From Octopus vulgaris (taxonomy: Eukaryota), in assembly GCA_951406725.2 (NCBI GenBank), contig OX597814.1, positions 194,680,001 through 194,744,000 on the forward strand: a DNA stretch of 64,000 nucleotides. Direction: 5' to 3'. A model generated the notes under the pieces. The model did no database searches. It was not told where the DNA came from and was given only the letters and a program-made list of their open reading frames with translations. A program made the position numbers and the translations under genes. Positions within the stretch are counted from its first letter, which is position 1. Each line of letters begins with the position of its first letter. This document shows positions 1 through 12,610 of the stretch, piece after piece.

Positions 1-252
1 ACTACTGCTTTTGCATATGGCTCATACTTATATCAGAAATTTCTTTAATATTTGTAGAGGCATGGTTTGGGTGGTCAGAAGTAACACTTCATTTCACAGA
101 GTGGCTGTGTGGTAAGTAGCTTGCTTACGAACCACATGGTTCTGGGTTCAGTCCTTGGGCCTTCTACTATAGCCTCGGGCCGACCAAAGCCTTGTGAGTG
201 GATTTGGTAGAAAGAAACTGAAAGAAGCCCGTTGTATATATATATCTAAATA

Positions 253-285
<33 letters not shown>

Positions 286-685
286 TTGTGTGTCTGTGTT
301 TGTTGCCCCAACATTGCTTGACAACAAGAATCAAGAGTAAAAAAACAGAAACTGTTAGACAGGTGTTTGCCTGAAATGGTATCCTAGAAACAGGAGTAGT
401 ATAACTATGCCTGTGAATTTCCTGATAATTACATGAGTTTGTTCTATGCAACCAGATGACCAATAAAAATTTTCCTTGTGGGTCAATACCAGTGCCACCT
501 GATTGGTTCCCTGTGCCAGTGGGACATAAAAAGCATCATCTGAACATAGTTCATGCCAGTGCCCTGCCCTGACTAGCACCCGTGCCAGTAACACATAAAA
601 AGCACCATCCAAACGTGGTCGATGCCAGTGGTGCCTGACTCATTCCTGTGCTGGTGGCACATAAAAAGCACCCACTACACTCTCA

Positions 686-932
686 TTAGGGTTGACGAAA
701 GCGATGTGGTGGACAACGAAAAGCCTGGCTGATGACAGTCAAGGCTGATCTGGAACCCAAGCTAGGTCCCCATATCTACGGCATTCGCCGCTGGAATGAG
801 TGGTTGGAGATCACGTGGTCGTTGGCCTCAAATTGCCAGGTCTGGTTGGCATTAGTGAGAGATGCAGCATTGAAGATGAATGAAGCCAGCTCAACCCACC
901 CCGGGTGAATGCTGTCTCAAGACAAGACAAGG
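686..932 (+). mobile_element. RTE-clade LINE 3' fragment nested in another repeat
   Basis: GGQRKAWLMTVKADLEPKLGPHIYGIRRWNEW...; (CAAGA)n tail; 11-bp TSD CTACACTCTCA at 675-685 and 933-943. Confidence 0.8.
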
Positions 933-1450
933 CTACACTCTCAGAGTGGTTGGCATTAGGAAGGGCATCCAGCTGTAGAAACACTGCCAGATCAGATTGG
1001 AGCCTGGTGCAGCCTACTGGCTTGCCAGTTCTCAGTCAAGCCATCGAACCCATGCCAGCATGGAAAGCGGACGTTAAACGACGATGATGATGATGATCCT
1101 AAGGTGTTTGAGAGAAGCAATGCAAAGAAAGCAGCCTAGATGCCATATCCTGACAATGCACCTGTTCACACATCACCCTTTATCTGTGATTTCTCTTTTT
1201 GGTATAGTATGAAATTACTCTTGTCTACGCCCCAGTCACTCTACCGTCTGAGAACTTTAAAAAAAATTTTGTTTTCAAGATTGAAATTCAACCTGAAAGG
1301 TAATCAATTCCACCCGAGAAAAGAAGAAAAAAATCGCAATAAGAACTGTGCTTCACCCCTGGAAACATGTTCCAGAACTGGAAAAATCCTTGGGAGTGAT
1401 TTATCAAAAGTGTGGAAGACAAGTATGATTAAAATGTAAACAAAGTGCAG

Positions 1451-1827
1451 GAGTGGCTGTGTGGTAAGTAGCTTGCTTCCCAACCACATGGTTCCGGGTT
1501 CAGTCTCACTGCATGGCAACTTGGGCAAGTATCTTCTACTATAGCCTCAGGTCGACCAAAGCCTTGTGAGTGGATTTGGTAGACGGAAACTGAAAGAAGC
1601 CAGTCGTATATATGTATATGTATGTGTGTGTGTTTTTGTCCCCCCAACATCGCTTGACAACCGATGCTGGTGTGTTTACGTCCCCGTAACTTAGCGGTTC
1701 GGCAAAAGAGACCGGTAGAATAAGTACTAGGCTTACAAAGAATAAGTCCTGGTATAGATTTGCTCGACTAAAGGCGTTGCTCCAGCACGGCTTCAGTCAA
1801 ATGACTGAAACAAGTAAAAGAGTAAAG
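1451..1827 (+). mobile_element. tRNA-derived SINE family A (representative copy)
   Basis: Box A/B-like head GAGTGGCTGTGTGGTAAG...GGTTCAGTC, CTTGGGCAAGT body, internal (TA/TG)n, GTAAAAGA tail. Other copies ~99-330(+), 9925-10314(-), 14311-14725(+), 30805-31200(+), 41757-42160(+). Confidence 0.85.
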
Positions 1828-3524
1828 CAATGAAGTTTGGAATTTCTAATTGCTTTTAAATTCTCCTGAAATTCGAACACAGTTCATCCATTGGAGTCAT
1901 CTCCGTAAATGAGTTTTTACCGCAGTGCGTAAAACTGGAAGCATTTTTATGGTGAACAAAATGCAGAATTTTTCCGCCAAGCTTTGAATGTTATTCTAGA
2001 ATCTATTAATAACGATTGTGATCGTTAAAGATTGCCGGCGATTACGGCCTCACAACGATGCCACGAGTGTCAAGTTCCATGTAATATAAATGAACTCTAG
2101 ACAAGCAATGTTCAAACATAATACCCTAGGTTAGTACTTCTAAAGGTTTAACACAACTAATAAAACAAATAGCTTTAAACAAACACAACAAATAAAACAA
2201 AAGCAGAATGAAATTGTAAAGACTGGAATTAGATATCGTAACCAGGTTACAAAATTAACTTGTTAGAGGCATAATCAAAACATGTTTCTCAATAGTGAGA
2301 GACTTTAAAAAAAATATGGCAATAAATCCTCTCAATTTACAATGTGGCTTCTAGCTCGTGGTATTTAAGATCTTTTAAACATTCTATTTGCCCTTACATG
2401 AAGCCTACATGTATGTCTTCTTTACATACATACGTTAGTACCTGTTTCTTTACTACCCACAAGGGGCTAAACACAGAGAGGACAAACAAGGACAGACAAA
2501 CGGATTAAGTCGATTATATCGACCCCAGTGCGTAACTGGTACTTATTTAATCGACCCCGAAAGGATGAAAGGCAAAGTCCACCTCGGCAGAATTTGAACT
2601 CAGAACGTAGCGGCAGACGAAATACCTGTTTCTTTACTACCCACAAGGTGCTAAACACAGAGAGGACAAACAAGGACAGACAAACGGACTAAGTCGATTA
2701 TATCGACACCAGTGCGTAACTGGTACTTATTTAATCTACCTCGAAAGGATGAAAGGCAAAGTCCACCTCGGCGGAATTTGAACTCAGAACGTAACGGCAG
2801 ACGTACATAGGTTAATACCCTTTCGTCAATGCCCTTCGCTTTTCTCTCTGCAATGACATTTATTCGAATGTCATTATTATTAATCTTTATTCTGTCGGAG
2901 TTTTAATACAGAAATGTAATCGATAAATGATGTAAACAACTGAAATGCGTAATAAACTAGTCGAAGGTTTTGAATGGTACCCTTTGCCGAGAGTGAAGTG
3001 TACTGAAAAGAAAACTGACCCCAATTTAAATAAAACACGATGAACAGGTTGGTTCTTGCAACCGAGATTAGCTGTATTGCATTCGATGGTAATAATTCTG
3101 ATTCATTTTGTCCTAGCATGTAACTTCAGATGAAGTAAAATGATGACATGGCTAGCTTCGCCAAGGACGTCAGTGCAATAACAAACTCGACATTGAAAGC
3201 TAGAGACTGCGGTTCGATTCATTTGGTGAAATCTTTAATTTCACCGTACATGCAAGACATAGATAATGGGGTTTTTTTGTAAATATTTTCTGAACCCGAG
3301 AGAACGAATATGAATGTCCTTGAACCGAACTGTCAAAACATCATATTTATGTATGTGTAATAAATTTATGTTAAATAATATCGTCAAATGGCTGTAGCTA
3401 AAAACAGTCATGTCCAATAAAATATAAGGATGTATATAATATATTAATGTTTCAAATAGTTATTTACTTAGTAAACAGTCAAATATATACAAATAATATC
3501 TGTAATCCGATTGTAAACATTTAC

Positions 3525-3734
3525 CTGGGAGAAATACCTTAAATTCAAAACACTTGAAATTTTAGCTTGACATGGTCGAGTCGCTCGGTTCTGTATGAGT
3601 TTGCGGCAATTCCTGATCGTTCGAGAATAACTGTGATAGCGATTGTTTGTAAGATTATTCAACGTCCGTCTGCAAGTGTTGAGTGTGAGGTGAGAATGGG
3701 ACAACAGCATGGCATGTTGGATGGAGGCAGCCAT
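3525..3734 (-). CDS. Probable first coding exon of a divergently transcribed gene; mitochondrial presequence-like peptide, product unidentified
   Basis: ATG at 3734; MAASIQHAMLLSHSHLTLNTCRRTLNNLTNNRYHSYSRTIRNCRKLIQNRATRPCQAKISSVLNLRYFSQ has no D/E in 70 aa, is R/S/T/L-rich and ends with RYFS. It finishes exactly at CAG|GTAAAT (phase 0). Confidence 0.6.
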
Positions 3735-4045
3735 CACAGTTTGACCGAACCTGCTTTCTAACATTGAAGAGTCACAGAAAGCCGGGAGTGTTTCTTAAGC
3801 AATTAAGCATCATGACCGTGCGATCAGCAATTAACTCGAATAATTAGCCTCATCTTATACAGAATAAAGTTTTATCTAATTTATTTTTCTTTTCAATTTA
3901 AAGTTAACGTTCGATTATTTAGTTTATAATGTTTTTTTTTTGTTATGAACAATGATAAAGATGAATAAGTAATTACTGAGAATTGTCCAGCGACAACGGA
4001 CTTGCTTGTTTAGAAAAGAAACACACACTTCAAGTGGGAAAAACG
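3735..4045. promoter_or_regulatory. Putative bidirectional promoter / 5' UTR region
   Basis: About 310 bp between two opposed ATGs, in a repeat-free, relatively CpG-retaining stretch (~2850-4300). Inferred from arrangement only. Confidence 0.5.
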
Positions 4046-4170
4046 ATGTCAGCAACGATAGAATCGGGCAAATTGGAATGTAAGGATTTATACGGGTATC
4101 TTAGAACTTTGCCTGCAAATGTTCTCGATAAACTCTATAATCATCCGGCAACATGTCTTGCTGTATTCAG
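4046..4170 (+). CDS. GTF2H4: GTF2H4 coding exon 1
   Basis: ATG at 4046; [41 protein letters not shown](R); donor GTGAAT at 4171. Confidence 0.93.
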
Positions 4171-4779
4171 GTGAATATCTCTGAAGATTTTGTTATTTTT
4201 ACATGTCATAATAGTTTTTTTCAAGTGCTTCGTTGTTTGACAACATCCAACGTGGTTCTTATGTAATTTACTATGTTAAATAACGTTACCAGTAATTTTC
4301 TAATATGTAGTCATCACCTAGCTCATAATGATCGCCTGGTTTATTCCTTGTGTACCCTTAATTTCCTAACATGAAATTTAAAAGATTATTGTTATTATTA
4401 TATCTCTCTTTTTGATTCTTGATTTGAAGTATTTTTTCGTTTACATGTGTCAGATCAGATGTCTAAAAAAAATACTCATCTTAATGTGAAAAACGTTCCT
4501 AAATTTAGAGAAAACTTAGGGTAAAGGTAAACAGTTGCAGAAAGAAAAATTTACATATATGCGTAAATATAATTGTTCTTGTAAAAGAATAAATTACAGT
4601 AGAATCACAATTTAAGGCGAAGTACTCAATGCATTGAGAAAAGTGGATATATTTATTAAAATAATGGCTCTTATCAAACTGAAAATTCTGAGACTTAGTG
4701 TTGAAGGATGCATTATTTCAATTGAAAAATCTGTGTGTGTGTGCATGTATTTGTATGTGTGACTTTATCTGTCTGTCTG

Positions 4780-4832
<53 letters not shown>

Positions 4833-5168
4833 TGAAGTCCCAATTAACTTAATTTTCAGTTTCACAATAGATTTAACCTTGCTCAGTTTATCCATGCCAT
4901 CAATAAATGTTCCACTATTATTCTTAAAATAATAGCATAATTTCAACACACCCACACGTGTGTGTGTTAATTATCTGTATTTATGCCTACCTTGTATTCA
5001 GAATTCTGAAGAACTGTACATCTTTGGTAACATTTCTACAGCTGGATGCCCTTTTTAATGCCAACCACTTCAAGAGTATAGTGGGTGCTTTTTATGTGCC
5101 ACTGGCAGGGAGCCAGTCAGACAGCACTGGCATCGGTCAAATTCGAATGGTGCTTTTTACATGTCACC

Positions 5169-5215
<47 letters not shown>

Positions 5216-8200
5216 GCACACACACAAACACACACACTCACAAAGCTTTGGTCAGCCTGGGGACTGAACCCAAGACCACATTGTTGAAAAGTAAGTTTCT
5301 CAACCACACACCCACACTCATATATATATATATATGTATATATTCCTCATTTTTACATCTGTTTTTCTTAATGGCATGGGTTGGCTGGGTCATCACAGTC
5401 AAAGTCATATTTTCCTTATTTGTGAATTTAATTTGTTTTCTTTCAATTAGGGAATTACCAGAACTTGCCAAACACTGTGTAATGAGAATCCTTTTTGTGG
5501 AACAACCTGTACCTCAGGCTGTTGTAGCACATTGGGTGGCCAACAAACATCATGAGTAAGTATTTTTAATTGTTTTTAAACAACTTTCAGTCCCAAGTAT
5601 AATGATTCTAGAGTAATGTGTTAGACTACTGAGTTCAAATTGCTTTGAGTATTATCATCATCGTTTAACGTCTGCTTTCCATGCTAGCATGGGTTGGACG
5701 ATTTGACTGAGGTCTGGTGAACCAGATGGCTGCACCAGACTCCAATCTGATCTGGCAGAGTTTCTACAGCTGGATGCCCTTCCTAATGCCAACCACTCCG
5801 AGAGTGCAGTGGATGCTTTTACAGGCCACTGGCACGAGGGCCATTTAGGCGGTACTGGCAACGGCCACACTCAAATGGTGCTTTTTATGTGCCACCTGCA
5901 CAGGAGCCAGTCTATGGTACTCTTAGCGCTCCACTAGCACGGATGCCAGTCATCGAATTTGATTTCGATTTCAATTTCACTTGCCTTGACAAGTCTTTGC
6001 AAGCAGAGTTTAGTGTCCAATGAAGGAAAGGCACACATAAGTGGACTGGTTACACCCTTGCCGCAGGCCACAACGTTTCTTTCTCACTTGCGCTTGCTGA
6101 GTCTTCTCAAGCACAGCATATTTCCAGAGGTCCCGGTCACTATAATAACGAAATTATTGTGTGCAGTGCTCAGGTGCACTACAGCTTATCAAAGGTGCGG
6201 GTATAGTACATAGAATTAGGAAAATCAACAGTGTATGAGTCATGATATACATGTGTGTATGGAGGAGAGGGGATATCAGGTGTAGTGTTGGTGAATTTCA
6301 GGAAGCATTGAGGTTTTAAAGGATGCAGTGTCTCGGCGACTAACGACTGATGTAGGTAGTTTGTTCCATGCTTCAGCAACTCTGAGTGTGAAAAAATGTT
6401 TCCGAAAGTCACGGGAGCTGTGCTGTTTTCTGACTTTGTAGGCATGCCCACATGTATTAGACACATGGAGCTCAAAAAGGTGCTCAAGGTGGTTGTTGGT
6501 GCAATGGTTAATAATTTTGTGAGTGTTTACCAAGTCAAACGCCAGATGTCGGAGCTTCAATGTATCTATGCCCAGGGAAGTAAGGTGTTCAGAGTATAGT
6601 AGATGCCTGATGGAGGGTATTCACTTGGTTGTAAATCTCTGAACAGTTTCCAGGAGGTCAATGTCCTGAGCAATATAGGGGTTCCAGACTGGTGAAGCAA
6701 ATTCCAAGTGTTGGAAACCTTCTGATAAACACACATACACAGTCTCCTTCAAAGATACACACCTCCACTTAAAGACACATTCTCTCTGTGTCTCTCTCTC
6801 TTTCCTTTTCTCTGTTGAAAATAGATATATTCCCTCAAAAATACACACAAACATACACACATACTGTCACTCCATCGGTTACAACAACAAGGGTTCCAAT
6901 TGATCTGATCAATGGAAGGGCCTACTTATGAAATTAATATGCAATAAATTTGCCTCTCAGTGATGTATTTACATTAAGTATGACACACAGATGACTCCAT
7001 ATATGGTATGGTATGTCTGGAGTACCAGATCTGTGAACTGTACTGAATTCTTTGACTACCTATATGTCTTAGGTTTGCTTGATCAGGGTTGATTTGAGGT
7101 TATGCTGCAACAACAGTAATGTTTAAATGAGCCAACCAGGGGACTTCTGTTTGGTTGCTTCATCTGCTACAAATAATAAGCAAATCTCTCTCATATCACT
7201 CTTTGCTGTATTAAAAAAAAGGAAGGAAAACATTAAATTACATAGTTCTTAAATGCATTGTCTAAAAAAAGAAAAACACAGGTAAGTCACATTTAGAATA
7301 CTTTTGATCAGAGCTGACCAAGGATCAAACAACATCAATGTTTGAAAGCTTTAATTCTTTAGAATTGTTCTTGTCCACCAGTTGTAATCATGAGTATTCT
7401 TTCTTTTACTCAACCAGAGAACAGAAACAGGCAATGACTGCTGTGACAGATCTGAGAGTTTGGCACGAACAACCTCTTCCAGGTGGGATGATGGGGTTTA
7501 TATTGAACCAGACATTCCGAATGAACATGAAGACAGCTCTATTAGGAGGGTAAGTGTCTAGAATAATTAAGACGGTGATAACATTGTTTTAGCATCCACT
7601 TTTGTCAAGCTTGCATGGGTTAGATGGAATTCATTGAGACAGATTTTCTATCGTTGGATGCCCTTCTTATTTCCAAACAACATAATATTTCCCTATGATG
7701 AGACAATTTTCATGAAAGATTGGCAACTGTTAATAGGACAATGACACTTCTTTACAAATATGCAATGTCAAGACCGGGAGGCACACACACACACATTTAT
7801 ATATAAATACAATGGGCTTCTTTCAGTTTCTATCTACTAAATCCACTCACAAGGCTGTAGTCAGCCTAGGGTTTTAATGGAAGACACCTGTCTGAGATTC
7901 CACACAGTGGAACTGATCCTGAAATCATGTGATTGGGAAGTGAATTTCATAGCCACTCAGGTGCAGTGAACTTATATATATCATCATCATCATCATCTAA
8001 TATCCATTGTCGATGCTGGCATGGGTTGGATGGTTTGACCAGGGCTGGTAAATTGGAAGGCTACACTAGACACTAGTCTGATCTGCCATGGTTTTCTACA
8101 GCTGGATGCCCTTCCTAACACCAACCACTCTGAGAGTGTAATAGATGCTTTTATATATATATGTTTGTTCCTTCTCGTGCCATACCTGGCTCATAAGGGC

Positions 8201-8471
8201 CAGTTTCCTGGTTTCCTTGGCGTCTAGGTTTCCCACCTGGACGGGATGCCAGTCCATCGCAGGTGAGCTGCATGATGCAGGAGGAAAGAGTGAGAGAAAG
8301 TTGTGGCAAAAGAGTCAGCAGAAGTTCGCCATTACCTTCTGCTGGAGCTGCATGGAGCTTAGATCTTTTGCTCATAAACACACACATCACCCGGTCTGAG
8401 ATTCGAACCAGCGATCCCTCGACTACGAGTCTGCTGTTCTAACCACTAACCCATGTGCCTCCACACACATG

Positions 8472-8512
<41 letters not shown>

Positions 8513-11500
8513 TTATACACACAGACATACTTCATGAAATGAAGTAGCTTACTCAAGGATACATGTGCAAACATAACTTTATATGTCGTACTTTGTTGTA
8601 CATTTTAGTGGTCAACCATGGACAGGTGGAGGTTCCCTTCCACCAGATAAGCACGCCAAAGATATTGCTTTTTTGGACAACTACGCTCAAGACAGATGGG
8701 AAGTAAGTATTGTTTTTTTAATATTATTATTATTATTATTAGACAGAAATCTAAGGCAGTGAGTTGGTAGAATTGTTAGCACACTGGGCGAAATGCTTAG
8801 CGGTATTTCTTCTGCCGCTATGTTCTGAGTTCAAATTCCACAGAGATCGACTTTGCCTTTCATCCTTTCAGGGTCGATAAATTAAGTACTAGTGAAACAC
8901 TGGGATCAAGATACTTAACTAATCCATTCACCCGAAACTTCAGGCATTGAGCCTTTAGTAGAAAGGATTATTAGACAGAAATCTAACGTAGTTTAAGGTG
9001 GCGTGGTGGCAGAAACGTTAGCACACCAGGCGAAATGCTTAACAGTATTTTGTCTGCCGTTACATTCTGAGTTCAAATTCCGCTGAGGTCGACTTTGCCT
9101 TTCATCCTTTCAGGGTTGATAAATTAAGTACCAGTTACGCACTGGAGTCGATGTAATTGACTTAATCCATTTGTTTGTCCTTGTTTGTCCCCTCTGTGTT
9201 TAGCCCCTTGTGGGTAGTAAAGAAATAAGTATTTTTTCTGCTGTTATGTTCTGAGTTCAAATTCCGCCGAGGTTTAACGTCCACTTTCCATGCTAGCATG
9301 GGTTGGACTTAGGACTGGTGAACCAGATGGCTGCACCAGTCTCCAATCTGATCTAGCAGAGTTTCTACAGCTGGATGCCCTTCCTAACGCCAACCACTCC
9401 GAGAATGTAGTGGGTGCTTTTACATGCCACCGGCACGAGGGCCAGTCAGGCAGTACTGGCAACAGCCACACTCAAATGGTGCTTTTTATGTGCCACCTGC
9501 ACAAGAACCAGTCCAGCGGCACTGGTAACAACCTTGCTCGAATGTTTTTTCATGTGCCAGTAAGGCGACGCAGGTAACGATTACACTCGAATGGTGCTTT
9601 CTACGTGCCACCAGCACGGAGGCCAGTTTGTTGCTCTGACAATGATCACGCTCATATGGTATTAAATTGTTTTACTAAATAGAGAATTCTTGCTATATTT
9701 AGTTATGGACTTTTACATTCTGATTCAAATGCTATCAAGGAGCTTTTGAATTACTCTGTATATTAATGTATCTTTTGAATCTTGATTTTACAGTGTGTTC
9801 TTCATTTTATGGTTGGTTCATCCGACTGTGTCAGCAGAGATATAAAGTGGGTCTTACTACACGCAGGTCTCATGAAGGCGTAAGTCTTTCTGTATTTTCA
9901 TTCCTCAGTTGTTTCTTTTTGTCTACTCTTTTACTCTTTTCAGTCATTTGACTGTGGCCATGCTGGAGCACTGCCTTTAGTCGAGCAAATCGACTCTAGG
10001 ACTTATTCTTTGTAAGCCTAGTACTTATTCTATCAGTCTCTTTTGCCGAACTGCTAAGTTACGGGGACGTAAACACACCAACATCGGTTGTCAAGCGATG
10101 TTGGGGAAACAAACACAAACATACACACACACACACACAAATATATATGCATATATACGACGGGCTTCTTTCAGTTTCCGTCTACCAAATCCACTCACAA
10201 GGCTTTTGTTGGCCCGAGGCTATAGTGGAAGACACTTGCCCAAGGTGCCCCGCAGTGGTACTGAACCCAGAACAGTGTGGTTGGTAAGCAAGCTACTTAC
10301 CACACAGCCACTCCGGTGTCTGTTGTTTTCTTACAAATTCAAGCTCCAAAAGATGATAAAGATGTAACTGAAAGAGGAAGAGAGGAGCTAAATGGGCTGA
10401 GGGTTCAAATTTCATTGCAGCTAGTGTGTTATGCTTATTGTTCTGCCTTTTTTTTCTGGAGTAAAAGGCTATCAATGACTTCTCTCCACTGTTCTCAGCT
10501 CTGGGTTTGTTTTTTTTCTTCTGTTTCTCTCCTGTTTTTTCAGCTCTACTTCAGTATCCTGCTTCCAGCTATTTTTAGAGTGTCCTCTCATCCATATCCC
10601 TTGTGGGATGTTTCCCTTAAGGAAGACTTCCTCTCTCAAGTCTTGTGCATTTTCAATTGCCATTGGATGCTTCTGTAACTTTGCTGTTTTCTAGGTAGGA
10701 GTGTTGGCCCTATGCAGACCCATTTTTATCCCTGGGAAAAGGTGGTCAAGAGTAGTCTGACCTCTATCTTTTGACCTGTCCAGTATGGGAAACCCTACCA
10801 GAAGCTTGCACTCTACTGACATAGGTCCAGGTCATAAAAGACACATAAGCCGCTAAAACAAGGGCTGGTCTTGTGGTGACCGTTCCTACCTTGATTTGCA
10901 AGAAATGTTTGTGGTACAGTTAAAATTGTGGTTGGCGTTAGGAAGGGCATCCAGCTGTAGAAACATTGCCAGATAAGACCGGAGCCTAGTGCAGCCTTCT
11001 GGCTTCTCAGATCCCCGGTCGAACCGTCCAACCCATGCTAGCATGGAGAACGGACGTTAAACGATGATGATGATGATACCCAAGCTGGTGCCATATAAAA
11101 AGCATCGGTGCTGGTGCCACATAAAAAGCACCCAGTACACTCTTTCAAGTGGTTGACATTAGGAAGGGCATCCAGCCATAGAAACCTTGCCTTGTGTCGA
11201 TAGCCAGCTGGAGGAGGTGTCCTCTTGGGGCTACAAGCCACAGTAGCATCCACCCTTAAGGGTTAGCCACATTTAAGTGGCAAATATACTTCACGATGTC
11301 ATGCAGCTACTTTTTATACCTTGCTCAGAGATTTATTATTGTTTGTATTTTACTATTATTTATTATATTCACTAATATAAAACTAGATATTAGTCCCCTT
11401 TCATATGTACAATGTACTTTATTTCAGTGAGTCAGAAGATCAAGCCCCAGTGATTACACCAAATGGTTTCCAATTCCTACTGATGGACACATCGTCTCAA

Positions 11501-12530
11501 GTCTGGTTCTTCATGTTACAATACCTCAATACACTAGCAGTGAGTTAACATTATAACTGAGCTTTAATTCTTACTCTTCATTGCATTCTGTATCTTAACT
11601 AAGTTTTCTATCTTTGTTTCTCCTAAATCTATTCTGTAGTTAGCTTAATACACTTCAGCCTCACACAATGTCCAGTTTAACAACACCATTTTTCCTTTGG
11701 TCATCTATAATGGAATTCACACTGTTGCAAGAATTTTAACAGACTCTCAGTTCTCACTCAGTCCCTGTTTCGCTTGCAGATAGTCATACTGGGCATTATT
11801 AACCATATTACTCTCACTGGTCTTAGGTTCTGCTTCTCTTTTTGACTAACTTTTTAAAGAAAATGTTTTTAAATATAGTCTGTTAGAACTTTACATTATC
11901 CAGTTTGTGCCATTTTTTTTGGGAATCATTTCTATAAAACTTATTATTCCTGTTATATACATCTTGCTATAAAATGTTCACCCATCAAAACTATTATCAT
12001 TACAATCTTGATATATAATACATATAAATGGAACTGGCTCTTGAAACATATATTTCAAACCAATATTTACATGCATTTATATGCTTTGAGAACCAGTTCC
12101 AAAAAAGAATTATTTTATGTTCTTTTGAACATAAATCCTTAAGACATCAACAATATATATTATTATATATATATAATCAATAATATATATTATTATATAT
12201 ATATAATAAAAATCAAATGGAAATTGTAGTTAAGATACCAGTGCTGGTGGCACATAAAAACACCTTCCGAACGTGGCCAATGCCAGCGCCACCTGACTGG
12301 CGTTCGTGTTGGTGACACGTAAAAAGCATCAACTGATTGTGGCCATTTGGCAGCCTCCTCAGGCCCATGTGCCGGTGGCATGTAAAAAGCACCCACTATA
12401 CTTGCGGAGTGGTTGGCGTTAGGAAGGGCATCCAGCTGTAGAAACACTGCCAAATCAGACTGGAGCCTGGTGCAGCCTCCTGGCTTCCCAAACCCTAGCA
12501 TGGAAAACGAACATTAAACGATAATGATGA

Positions 12531-12610
<80 letters not shown>

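Noticed and set aside
2880-3119. 79-aa minus-strand ORF as an independent gene
   Set aside because: No recognisable similarity; at most part of it (from 3002) could be a second exon of the divergent gene, which is unsupported
3983-4045. N-terminal extension of GTF2H4 in the ORF track
   Set aside because: Starts at TTG; the first in-frame ATG at 4046 gives a protein of the expected p52 length
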